Source: a virus
Strand: one strand, 5' to 3'
Virus record (IMG/VR): IMGVR_UViG_3300046003_007336
Span: 32,001-96,000 of that record
DNA length: 64,000 nucleotides
Positions 22,426 through 31,930 of the stretch are shown here, piece after piece. How positions within the stretch are numbered: the first letter of the stretch is position 1; the number at the start of each line of letters is the position of its first letter. Both the position numbers and the translations under genes were made by a program. The notes under the pieces were generated by a model that worked only from the letters and a program-made list of their open reading frames with translations, made no database searches and was not told the DNA's origin.

Positions 22426-22500
22426 GGGGATATAGCTTAACGGGTAAAGCGCGCCCCTCGCACGGGCAAGTCTGCGGTTCGATTCCGCATATCTCCACCA
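22426..22500 (+). tRNA. tRNA-Ala(CGC)
   Basis: Cloverleaf, G3:U70, CCA. Confidence 0.9.
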
Positions 22501-22505
22501 ACAAC

Positions 22506-22577
22506 GGGCGGCACAGCCAGTGCAATGGGAATAAGCTTTCCCAGAAGAGTGGGAGTGGCTCTCCCCTCCGTCCACCA
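22506..22577 (+). ncRNA. Degenerate tRNA-like RNA with Ala acceptor identity
   Basis: GGGCGG/CCGTCC with G3:U70, A73, CCA; hairpins TGGGAA/TTCCCA (loop contains AGC) and GGGAG/CTCCC. Confidence 0.5.
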
Positions 22578-22582
22578 AACAG

Positions 22583-22661
22583 GGGCCAGAGAACCACAGG
22601 CGTGGTTCGACGGTGAAGGGGGTCGCTCCTCCATGGGGTTCGATGCCCCACTGGTCCACCA
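22583..22661 (+). ncRNA. Non-canonical tRNA-like RNA with Ala acceptor identity
   Basis: 7-bp acceptor GGGCCAG/CTGGTCC (G3:U70), A73, CCA; canonical T-arm TGGGG-TTCGATG-CCCCA; 7-bp hairpin in place of the D-arm. Confidence 0.7.
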
Positions 22662-22689
22662 TTTCAACACCAACATCCTGGGAGGATGC

Positions 22690-23544
22690 TATGACACTGC
22701 GGGACGCCTAACAGAGACCTACCGGACTTTCTGCCTCGAACGCGGCATTGAGTTTCATGAGGTCAAGAGTGTGAGACCACACGACAACACGACCTTGTTC
22801 TGCCCTGCGGGGATGCAGCAGTTCAAGGAAGACTACCGGGGACATCGTCGCGGGACCGTATCCAATATTCAGTCCTGCATCCGGCTCAATGATCTGGATG
22901 AAATCGGCGACCAAACCCACCACCTAACCTTCGACATGATCGGGCTGTTTTCGTTCCGTGACATGAGCGTTCTGGAGACCATCGATTTCTGGTTCGAATT
23001 CCTCTCCAAGATTGGCATCAAGCCCGACGTGGTCACCATCCACCCGGACAAGATGCTGGACTGGCGAGAACTCTATCGGGGCCGCGACGTAGAAATACGG
23101 CCGGACCCGGAGTGCACGTGGTCGGACGGCGGCATGGGTGGATACTGCACGGAGTTCTACGTCAGAGGCGTGGAGATCGGCAACATCGTGAATACCAACG
23201 GAGATTCAATCGACGTCGGTTTCGGGATGGAACGCCTTCTCTGGGTTCTCGGCGAAGAAACGCCACCGCGTGGGGACATCCTGGTCCGCACCATCGACCG
23301 CATCGTTGAGTCGGGATACCGGCCCAGCGGCAAGCAGCAGGGTCATGTGCTCCGGCGCCTGATCGGGTTGCTGACAGACGAGGGCAGCCATCCCAACCAC
23401 CCCGAGGTCGTCAGCGAGACGTCCAGACGGGTGAAGCTCTCGGAACGCTTCGACCGCCTTTGGCCGAAGCATCAAGACAAGTCGCCAGAGTGGTGGCTGG
23501 ACACCCACGGTATCGTGGTGTCTGAAATGGTCCTCAGGGTGTAG
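22690..23544 (+). CDS. alaS: Truncated alanyl-tRNA synthetase (aminoacylation domain only); start codon uncertain
   Basis: TTLFCPAGMQQFK, NIQSCIRLNDLDEIGDQTHHLTFDMIGLFSF, GYCTEFY...EIGNIV, IDVGFGMERL, GHVLRRLI; about 285 aa with no editing or C-Ala domains. Confidence 0.85.
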   Translation, partial: YDTAGRLTETYRTFCLERGIEFHEVKSVRPHDNTTLFCPAGMQQFKEDYRGHRRGTVSNIQSCIRLNDLDEIGDQTHHLTFDMIGLFSFRDMSVLETIDFWFEFLSKIGIKPDVVTIHPDKMLDWRELYRGRDVEIRPDPECTWSDGGMGGYCTEFYVRGVEIGNIVNTNGDSIDVGFGMERLLWVLGEETPPRGDILVRTIDRIVESGYRPSGKQQGHVLRRLIGLLTDEGSHPNHPEVVSETSRRVKLSERFDRLWPKHQDKSPEWWLDTHGIVVSEMVLRV

Positions 23545-23609
23545 CTCAGTGGCAGAGCGCACGGTCGGGAATCGTGAGGCCGGGATTTCAAAATTCCCCA
23601 CCCTGACCA
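23535..23609 (+). tRNA. tRNA-Pro(GGG), overlapping the alaS stop codon
   Basis: Cloverleaf, C1-G72, CCA. Confidence 0.88.
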
Positions 23610-23654
23610 TTTCATCTGAACCTCAGCACATGAGGTCCGAAGATAAATAGATGC

Positions 23655-24083
23655 ATGAAGTCATGCACCAAATGTAAACACATACTCACAGACGATCAGT
23701 TCTCAGCGAAAAATTTGACTAAAAACGCTGCGTGGTGTCGCCCCTGCATCAAGGCATATGATCAGGCCAGATGGTCTGCCGGTTCTCGACGAGAAACCAA
23801 AATCGAACAGACAAAAATTTGTCGCCGAAGAAACCGTCAGCATGTTTGGGACTACCTGACTAGGAATCCATGTCCTTGCGGCGAGACAGACCCCATCGTT
23901 CTAGAATTTGACCACCGCGATGGAATGGAAACAAAACGAGGCAATATATGCGAGATGGCCTCACGGGGCCTGTCGATAGAAACTATCGATGCGGAGATCG
24001 CCAAATGCGACGTGCTATGTGCGAACTGCCATAGACGAAAAACGGCAAAGCAGTTCGGCTGGCACGCCGATCTTATTACTTGA
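23655..24083 (+). CDS. HNH endonuclease-like protein with N-terminal Zn finger
   Basis: CTKC...CRPC; CPCGE...LEFDHRD...CDVLCANCHRRKT. Confidence 0.8.
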   Translation: MKSCTKCKHILTDDQFSAKNLTKNAAWCRPCIKAYDQARWSAGSRRETKIEQTKICRRRNRQHVWDYLTRNPCPCGETDPIVLEFDHRDGMETKRGNICEMASRGLSIETIDAEIAKCDVLCANCHRRKTAKQFGWHADLIT

Positions 24084-24136
24084 CAAGTATCCCACGGCTG
24101 CTATGTTGGTCCCTACACAGACCCGAGGAACGCCCC

Positions 24137-26320
24137 GTGGACGCCATCGATTTCCAAGACGCCAAGCTGCGCATGATGCCGACCGGCCAGGAGCGGGAAC
24201 TCGCCCTGATGCTGTGGCGCGCGCAAGCCGAGGTCAAGCGTGCCGAGGAGGCCATGGAAGCCTACTACGCCCCGCTCGTTCATGCCTGCTCGACCCCGGA
24301 AGAGTTGCAGAAGATCATGCCCCGGATGCCCGACGCGGTGTTCAAGGTCTTCGTCTGCGACTATCTCAAATACGGTCGCGACTGGTCGAAGACCCACGAG
24401 GCCAGCGAAGCCGCTCGCATCGCCGCCAACGAAGCCAGGAAGGCCGCCCAATGACCGAAGCCGAACTCCTCAAGATCGAGGACAACGAGGAATTCCTCAA
24501 GGCCCTCGCAGCCACCCTGTCGCCTGCTCTGCGGGAGCGCGTCGTGGATTGCGCCGATTCGCTTGGCAGCTACGCCGCTGACGACTATGACCGCCAACAA
24601 GGAGACGGAACGTGCCGTTGAGACCTGAACTCCAGCCCGCCTTCAATGCCGCACAGGACGAGCGGGACAAATGGCTCAAGGCCGCGCTGAAGCACAAGCG
24701 GCCCAGCGGCGCCCATTCCGACCACGCTGCTCGCGATCTCGAACGCGCCAAGATCGCGCAGAACATCATGAATCGCATCGAGGCCATTCAGCCCATGTCC
24801 GAAGCAGAATCCGCGTATACGGGTCCTGATGCGAAAGCATGGGAACGGTTAGAGGGAGCGACCGGGTGATGATCGACCCCAAGGACCCCTGGCTCAAGAT
24901 GGCCGAAGAGTGCCGCAAGATCGGCCCCCGGCCCGCGAACCCCGCTCTGGGCTTCGTCGCCAACCTGATCATTCAGGACCCCGAGATCGTCTCCCGCACC
25001 CACGACGAGGGCTTTGACGCCCGCGTGGCCGGGAAGACGCTGGACGAAAACCCCTACCACCTCGACGGCACCTACGGGTTCTGGCGCACTGGCTGGTTCG
25101 CCGCCGACAGCGAACTCGACCAAGGAGACGAAGCATGAGGAGCCTCATCAACAACGTGACCGGCTGGGTCGCGGCACTGCTTGCGATCTTTGGCGTCCTT
25201 GCCATCGCCGATGGTGGCCAGCCGTGGTTTTTTTTCTCCTGCATGGGTGGAGCCGTACTGGCCCTGGTGGTCGGCGTCGGCTCCCGCATCGTGTTCGACC
25301 GCTTCGGCGCCCCCGACATCATCGCGGACGACGATTGATTTTCGACTTCCATGAAGGCATTTGCCATAATGTCTCATGGACCTAGAAATCAAAGTAGACG
25401 AGCACGGACAGCGATGGTTGGTTGATGTCCAGGTTCCCTGCGAGCCTAACGATCACCTTCAGTTTTACGGCCACTACGAGTGCCTCGTCCGTCTCGAAGG
25501 CGACGAAGACCCGTTCAGTGGCGAAGGCCGCTGGGAACATTTTGCGCCCCGCCCGTTCTTCTACCTTCAGCGCGTGACCGGCGTCGCCACCGTGAACCAG
25601 AAACGCCGGGCGTTCTTGATGCGGTTCGACTACGAGCGCATCGGCGACCTCATCGACGTGGCTGCCGGTCTGGCCCGCGAATCCTGGAGCATCGTCTCCG
25701 ACTACAGCGAAATCCATTTCTGCTTCGAGAGTGAGCGGGACTGCATGGAATTTTCGCTGTCGTGCCCGGAGACCATCCGCCACGCCGAAAGCATAATAAT
25801 GTTGAATGATTGACGATCTGTGATAGTAGAACCCATGGTTCACCTGATCAGACGTCGCCCGGAAGTCGCTCCTGTTTCGCGCCTCAACGCCGCGATGGAC
25901 GCAGAGACTGTCTACTTCACGTTCAAATATGACATCTCGGTCGGTGATCGGGCTCTGATCGCCGAAACTCTCGCCGACAAACACTTCGGCTATTCGCTGG
26001 CCGCGTTCCGCATCGAGTGTGTGGATATCGACGACAGTGAGTTCAACGCCGCCATTCGAGTTGATGGCCGCCTTGCTCGCCTGAGCCTCACGCCGCAAGA
26101 ACACATCGTGGTCCTGCTCGCCTATCCGAAACAAGCATCAAACTGGGCGAACGTCCAAGACTCTCTCTTCACCGACACGACTGACGCCATCGACTGGATT
26201 GCTCAGAACACGAAGGGGCTCTGGTCGATGATGCCCGCTATCCTACCTGATCGTCTTGCTCCGGCGTTCTCGTTCACGGATGAGCGAGAGGCCCTGACCT
26301 TCCAGATGACCTTCGGCTAG
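24137..26320 (+). CDS. Run of small hypothetical ORFs (~24137-24454, 24451-24621, 24612-24869, ~24869-25138, 25135-25338 membrane, 25376-25813, 25820-26320)
   Basis: Packed ORFs downstream of a TTGACA promoter; last two end in the shared F-x-x-E-R-[DE] motif. Confidence 0.55.
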
Positions 26321-26321
26321 A

Positions 26322-27668
26322 TCACCCGATTTGGGCGGCGATTTCACTCGACGCCACCTGGAGGTACTGAACAGTCGTCGTGCTCGCTTCCGCAACTGCG
26401 ACGAGGTTCGGGGTCGTCAGAGCCAGCCACCAGCATGCCGTGGTCGCGACAAGCATCACGGCGCGGCTCAACCACCGTCCCTTCGGCTGAACGACCGGCA
26501 CCACAACCGGCACAGCAGGCCGTACAGGGGTGACCGGCGTCGCCGTCTGAACTCGCACAGGCTTGGCGGCTTTCGGTTTCTCAATCGCCTTCGGGTGAGA
26601 GATTATTTTCTCCATATCGATGCGGGTCCGTTGCACCATCTTGGGCACACCGTTCTCGTCCAGGAGGGACACCAGGGCCTCACCAACGCCGAGCGTTTGA
26701 ATCGTCTGGGCGGTGTCGAAGGCCGGGTTCGGCCGGAACGAGGACGCGGCTGCCTTCAGGGCTTTCTGCTCGGTCGGCGTATAGGCCCGCAGCGCGTGCT
26801 GGATGCGGTTGCCGAGTTGGGCGAGCACCGGGTCCGGGATGTCGGCGGGGCTCTGGGTGACGAAGTAGACGCCAACGCCCTTGGAGCGAATCAGGCGCAC
26901 AACTTGCTCGACTTTCTGGAGGAAGGTCTTGGACGCGTTCTGGAACAAGAGGTGGGCTTCGTCGAAAAAGAATACCAGCTTGGGCGCGGGCAGATCGCCG
27001 ACCTCGGGCAGTTTGCGGAACAGTTCACTCAGGAGCCAGAACAGGAACACGGCATAGACGCTCGGCTCGTGAATCAAATCCTCGGCGCGGAGGATGTTGA
27101 CGCCCGGCTTGATGTCGTTGATCGAGAAGTTGGTCTTGCCGAAAAACTTCCCGGCCCCGCCTTCGCGGAGCATCAGGAGCTTGCGCTGAATGGTGGCAAT
27201 CGTTCGGGCATCGACATGGCCGTAGTCCTGAGCCACGGCGGCTTGGTCCTCGACGATGGTATTGAGAACCTTGCGGACGTCCAGCAGGGTTTCCAGCTTG
27301 AGACCGTTCTCCCGCGCGTAGACGAACAAGATCGTGACGACACCTTCCTGAGTTTCGTTCAGATCGAGCAGACGCGAAAACAGCGTCGAGCCAATGTCAT
27401 GGACCGAGACGGTGATTCGTTTGCCCCGCTCCCCGCCCAGGTCCCAGAACACGGTCGGGGTATTGGACGAGATGGCCGACAGGTCGCCCTTCACATCGGG
27501 GGCGAATACGGGCACGCCTTGCTCGGCCAGCCGAATCGCCAGGGTCTGGAGCGTGACGGTCTTGCCGGTGCCGGTCGCACCAGCAACGACCCCGTGGCGG
27601 TTGATGCGGCGGAGCAGAAGGGTTTCATCGCCCTGATCAGATGCGCCAACACGAATGCCAATGGTCAT
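26322..27668 (-). CDS. HerA/YjgR (DUF853)-like ATPase with C-terminal membrane anchor
   Basis: NRHGVVAGATGTGKTVTLQ Walker A, PDVKGDLS, VFFFDEAHLLF Walker B, LIRSKGVGVYFVTQSPADIP, RIQHALRAYTP. Confidence 0.9.
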   Translation of the reverse strand: MTIGIRVGASDQGDETLLLRRINRHGVVAGATGTGKTVTLQTLAIRLAEQGVPVFAPDVKGDLSAISSNTPTVFWDLGGERGKRITVSVHDIGSTLFSRLLDLNETQEGVVTILFVYARENGLKLETLLDVRKVLNTIVEDQAAVAQDYGHVDARTIATIQRKLLMLREGGAGKFFGKTNFSINDIKPGVNILRAEDLIHEPSVYAVFLFWLLSELFRKLPEVGDLPAPKLVFFFDEAHLLFQNASKTFLQKVEQVVRLIRSKGVGVYFVTQSPADIPDPVLAQLGNRIQHALRAYTPTEQKALKAAASSFRPNPAFDTAQTIQTLGVGEALVSLLDENGVPKMVQRTRIDMEKIISHPKAIEKPKAAKPVRVQTATPVTPVRPAVPVVVPVVQPKGRWLSRAVMLVATTACWWLALTTPNLVAVAEASTTTVQYLQVASSEIAAQIG

Positions 27669-27769
27669 TTTCAGTCCTCGTTTTTCTGTTCCCCTTTTAG
27701 ACGAAAACCTCGTTCTGTCAACATTTGATTGACAAATGAAGCCAACCATTCGGGTTGACATTTGGTTGA

Positions 27770-28377
27770 TTATGCCGTTGATCTATTTGGATGTCGCGCG
27801 AACTCCTTGAAGACGAATACCGTATCCTGATGAAGATCATTTTCCGCCTCAGTGCTGGGCGCGATGATTTCTTCGAGGGCGAGAAGGTCATAGATTGCGG
27901 GTTCGATCTCAAGGTCACCACTATGCCGTCCATGGCGGGCACTCGCTACTGGCTCTTTCAGGCACCGACCTGGACCGCCAACATCCACCTCACCGATTTG
28001 GTCGAGTTCTCTGACGCCGACCAATTTGACCGCGACCTTGTCGCCATCCGGCTCGCAACATCATGAAGCCGAAATGGAGAGAAGCCACCGTCGCGGAGAT
28101 CGACATTGCGAGACAGGTCTTTCATCTCGGCGTTACTGCCTCGCGAGGAAGACGCGGCCCAGCTTGGAAAGATGAATGGCACGCCTCCGTGCACCTAAAC
28201 GGCGTGACAGTTCATGTCCGGGGTGGCGACTCGCCGATGTGGGTCTCGGGAGGCTCCGGCAAGACCCGTTGGCGAATATCGCTCGGTGACCGTGCCGGTA
28301 GTTTCTTCGGCGTGCGGGCATTCTGCGAGGAGACGCTGAAACGTGACCTCGCCAAAATCATGCTGGTGATCGACTAG
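27770..28377 (+). CDS. Two hypothetical ORFs (~27791-28066, 28063-28377)
   Basis: Divergent from the HerA-like gene, ATGA overlap. Confidence 0.5.
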
Positions 28378-28848
28378 CTATTCGTCGGCGCCGAAGGTCC
28401 CCCAGAGTTTGGGGTCACCATAGTAGGTGTGAATTTCTTCCTGATCGGCCGGGTCCTGTAGGTCCAACACCGCATTGGGTCTGCCGGGAAAAATCTTGGC
28501 CCAACTGTCAATCAGGTAGCGACCGTCCAGAACGGCGAAGTCGTGCCCGTCATAGCCATCGGCGTGAAGGGCAGGGGAGTTTTTCGACAGCACGTATTTG
28601 ATCTCGGCACGGTCACCGTAATGGTCTCGCACCATGCGGGCCCAGTTCGTACAGGTGGCGGCGTATTTGCCGTTGGGTAGATGTGACGCCCCCATATCGC
28701 GCTCGGGGTCGTCGCCTTCTTCGGCATCCGGGTAATGGATGCCCCAGTCCTCATCCTTGTCTCGGCCCCAGTGGGCTTCGAGGTCGGCCTTGCTCTCCGG
28801 CTGTTCTCCCAGGATGCTTTCAACGATGATGTCTGCGTAGGTCTTCAT
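28378..28848 (-). CDS. Hypothetical late protein
   Basis: TAAATA just upstream on the minus strand; acidic protein starting MKTYADIIVESIL. Confidence 0.6.
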   Translation of the reverse strand: MKTYADIIVESILGEQPESKADLEAHWGRDKDEDWGIHYPDAEEGDDPERDMGASHLPNGKYAATCTNWARMVRDHYGDRAEIKYVLSKNSPALHADGYDGHDFAVLDGRYLIDSWAKIFPGRPNAVLDLQDPADQEEIHTYYGDPKLWGTFGADE

Positions 28849-29085
28849 GGGCGTATTTAGGTGAAAAAAGTTATTGACACATGGTGGAGCTTCAGGCATA
28901 TTGATCATGCAGAAAGCGCATAGGCGTGCTTCCTTCTATTTTATTTTTGGAAAAAACCAGCTACCTGATTTGCTGTCTGCACCTGAAAGGGCCCCTCCTC
29001 GGAGCGGGCCTTTTTCAATTCCAGATTATTTGGTTGACGAAATAAAGTCACCGGCATAGGTTGTCCTCAAATCGTGAGGACTACA

Positions 29086-31236
29086 ATGCAAAACGAACTC
29101 CTGATCAGCCTGTTCAACCGCATCCGCGTCACCGAGCCGACGAGCGGCGAAACCGTTGACCCGACCTGGGTCCATGGGCTGAATCTCGAACTGGGCGTTC
29201 TGGGCTTCACCCTCGACGGTCCCACCATGGACGCCATCAAGGGCCTGTCCAGGGATGCCTTCATCGCCCTTCAGAGCGAAGTCCGCACCGCCGTCGTGAC
29301 CATCTCGGGCACGGGCGTGAACCACCGCGTGCTGTTCAACAAGTTCCCCTACGCGACGCCGGAACAGAACCTCTACATGGCCAAGCGCATTCTGGGTCAT
29401 TTCGATTCCCAGACGGCGTCCAACTATCAGGTGCTGTCGTGCGGCCACGCCATCGACCCCGATCTCTTCAACCTGTCGGATTTCGGCGCGTGCCCGATCT
29501 GCCAGCGTGAGGTTCCCGAACTGGCCTCGAACGAAAACATCCGTCACGACTTCCGCTCCATCACGCCGCTGCGCGTGCTCGGTGCCGCCGATGACGCCTT
29601 CCTTGCGGAGGCCGCCACCGCCCTGCTGGGCCGCACCTCCTCGCTGTCCGTGCAGGAGCGACAGTTCGTCCTTGAGGCCGCCACGTTGGTGGAAATCACG
29701 GGACCGACCCAGACCTTCCGCGAAACCCTGCCGCTCGTCTACGCCGTATCGGGTGTCGAGGGCGTGCGCCCGCTGGTCAACTCGGCCACGGATGTGCTCC
29801 GCATCGCCACGTTCCTGAGCGACGTCAACTCGGACCTGTCGCTGTCCACGAACGTGAAGTTCAAGATCAAGACGCGCGACAAGAAGAACCTCCTGTCGTT
29901 GCTCGACCAGACCGGCAACCTCGGCGAAGACATGATGCGTCATCGCGAGCGGTGGCTCCGCTTGGGCGAACGCCTGAACCCGGCTGCCAAGGTCAACGCC
30001 GCCCGCTATCCGTTCGCCGCCAAGGCCTTCGACGAACTCCGCAACGCGCCCAAGACGATCTCGACGTTCAACCGCGTCGTGGAGAAGAAGACGCGCGCCT
30101 ACCAGATCGACACCGTCCTGCTCGAAACGCTCAAGAAGCGTCCGGGCGAACTGATGCGCCGGTTGGACAATCTGCTCCGTCACGCGGGCGATGACGTGAC
30201 CTCGGCAAAAGTTCTGGCCGCCCTCGACGACGTCCTGCACTCCGTACCGACGAAGCTCATCTTCGACGTGCTGAAATATTTCAACCACCGTCTGTCCGTG
30301 CAGGGTGCGTCCGCCGACCGGGTGTTCTTCCTCAAGGGCGAGAAGACCAAGATGGTCGTCATCCCCGATAACAGGCTGCCGGTCGATGCTACGAGCATCA
30401 CCCTGGCCTGCAACCTGATGCGCGGCGAGCTTCAGCGTCGTTTCGCTAAGCTGCCCCGGATGGGCAAGGTCTTCCTGGCCGAAGACCTCAAGGGCGTCGT
30501 GCTGCCCTTCAACCGTCGCGGCGACTCGGCGACCGCCCAACCGGTCGTGAAGGGTTCGCGGTATCCGATCAACCCTCTGACGGAGGTCGTCCGTCTGTTC
30601 GTATGGTGGAAGGGATACATCGACGTCGATCTGTCGGCCGTCCTGCTGGGTGAGAACTTCGACTACGTCGAGCAGGTTTCCTATACGAACCTGCGCTCGC
30701 GCAAGGTCGTGCACAGCGGCGACGTACAGTCGGCCCCCAACGGAGCCACGGAGTTCATCGACTTCGACATCGCCGATCTGCGCCAGCAGGGCATCCGCTA
30801 CGTCGCCATCGCGGTCATCTCGTATCGCGGTCAGGCCTTCAATGAGTTCCCGTGCTTCGCCGGGTTCATGGAGCGCGACGGGCTCAAATCCGGCGCCCGC
30901 TACGAGCCCGAGTCGGTGCGGCTGAAGTTCGACATCGACACCAACTCGACGTCGCACCTCCCGCTTGCGTTCGACCTCGAAACCCGCGAACTCGTCTTCG
31001 TCGATCTCACCCAACAGGCCGGTCGTCACCAAGGGGTGGCCGGTCAAGGCGACCGCTATGCCGCCGCGACCCGCTCCGTGCTGGAGACCACCCAGCGGAA
31101 GCCGACCTTCCACGATGTCCTGTTCGCCCACGCGTTGGCGCGCGGAACCATCGTCTCCACTCGCGAGGAGGCCGACACCGTCTATGAACTCGACGGTCTC
31201 GATATCGAAGCCATCATGGGGGAGATGCTTGCCTGA
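29086..31236 (+). CDS. Large Ter-system-type protein: N-terminal Cys/His zinc motif, helical middle, C-terminal TerD-like domain
   Basis: LSCGHAID...GACPICQ; IDVDLSAVLL...SYTNLRSRKVVHSGDVQSAPNGATEFID TerD-like core. Confidence 0.7.
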   Translation: MQNELLISLFNRIRVTEPTSGETVDPTWVHGLNLELGVLGFTLDGPTMDAIKGLSRDAFIALQSEVRTAVVTISGTGVNHRVLFNKFPYATPEQNLYMAKRILGHFDSQTASNYQVLSCGHAIDPDLFNLSDFGACPICQREVPELASNENIRHDFRSITPLRVLGAADDAFLAEAATALLGRTSSLSVQERQFVLEAATLVEITGPTQTFRETLPLVYAVSGVEGVRPLVNSATDVLRIATFLSDVNSDLSLSTNVKFKIKTRDKKNLLSLLDQTGNLGEDMMRHRERWLRLGERLNPAAKVNAARYPFAAKAFDELRNAPKTISTFNRVVEKKTRAYQIDTVLLETLKKRPGELMRRLDNLLRHAGDDVTSAKVLAALDDVLHSVPTKLIFDVLKYFNHRLSVQGASADRVFFLKGEKTKMVVIPDNRLPVDATSITLACNLMRGELQRRFAKLPRMGKVFLAEDLKGVVLPFNRRGDSATAQPVVKGSRYPINPLTEVVRLFVWWKGYIDVDLSAVLLGENFDYVEQVSYTNLRSRKVVHSGDVQSAPNGATEFIDFDIADLRQQGIRYVAIAVISYRGQAFNEFPCFAGFMERDGLKSGARYEPESVRLKFDIDTNSTSHLPLAFDLETRELVFVDLTQQAGRHQGVAGQGDRYAAATRSVLETTQRKPTFHDVLFAHALARGTIVSTREEADTVYELDGLDIEAIMGEMLA

Positions 31237-31582
31237 AATGGAAACGGTGGAGATCACGAACGTAGAGCGCGCATTTCTCATTAACGTGCTGGAGGAGGTT
31301 GCTCCTGGCATATCGGATACGCACTCCATCGAGCCGTTTGGGAGTCCCCGGCGTTTACTCCGTGATGGTCGGCGGCATCAACATGACCGCCACGCTGATC
31401 GGAAACCACAAGAAAAATATTGCGACCGAATACATCCTTGAAGGAGACGGGTGGCTTCTATTCTACAGAATCATTGCTGGAGAAACAGACGAAACCACCA
31501 TCGCCACATCTGGTTGTACGATTTCCAACCGAGAACACTACCTCCGTCAACTGGCCATTTTGCGCCTAGCAGGGATTGAACT

Positions 31583-31930
31583 ATGGCCTACACAGTAAAT
31601 TTCTTCGGCTGGTGCACCGACCAGGGCCACGACAAGGTCTGGGGCTACGTCACTCTCGGCGGTGGCGAACTCTATAATTTCTGGGGCAAGCGCGGCGCCA
31701 AGTTCACTTTCCAGGAGCATCCGGGGTCCTATCGGGATTCCATCATGCTCCAGAAGCGTGCAGCCCAGAAGGTCCGTCGCCGCGCCAATGGCCGCTATGA
31801 CGAGATCGACGTCACCAAGATCGAGACAGTAATCCCCGGCTTCTACGACGAGTTCGAGAAGCAGTTGATGATGGCCAAACTGTTCGACAATTTCTTCGGC
31901 AAGAAACCAGACGAGAAGGACGACGGATGA
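31583..31930 (+). CDS. WGR-like domain protein
   Basis: HDKVWGYV...YNFWGKRGAK...QKVRRRANGRY resembles the WGR pattern. Confidence 0.5.
   Translation: MAYTVNFFGWCTDQGHDKVWGYVTLGGGELYNFWGKRGAKFTFQEHPGSYRDSIMLQKRAAQKVRRRANGRYDEIDVTKIETVIPGFYDEFEKQLMMAKLFDNFFGKKPDEKDDG

Noticed and set aside
22525-22690. N-terminal extension of the AlaRS ORF in the ORF track
   Set aside because: It runs through two tRNA-like elements ending in CCA and shows no AlaRS similarity.
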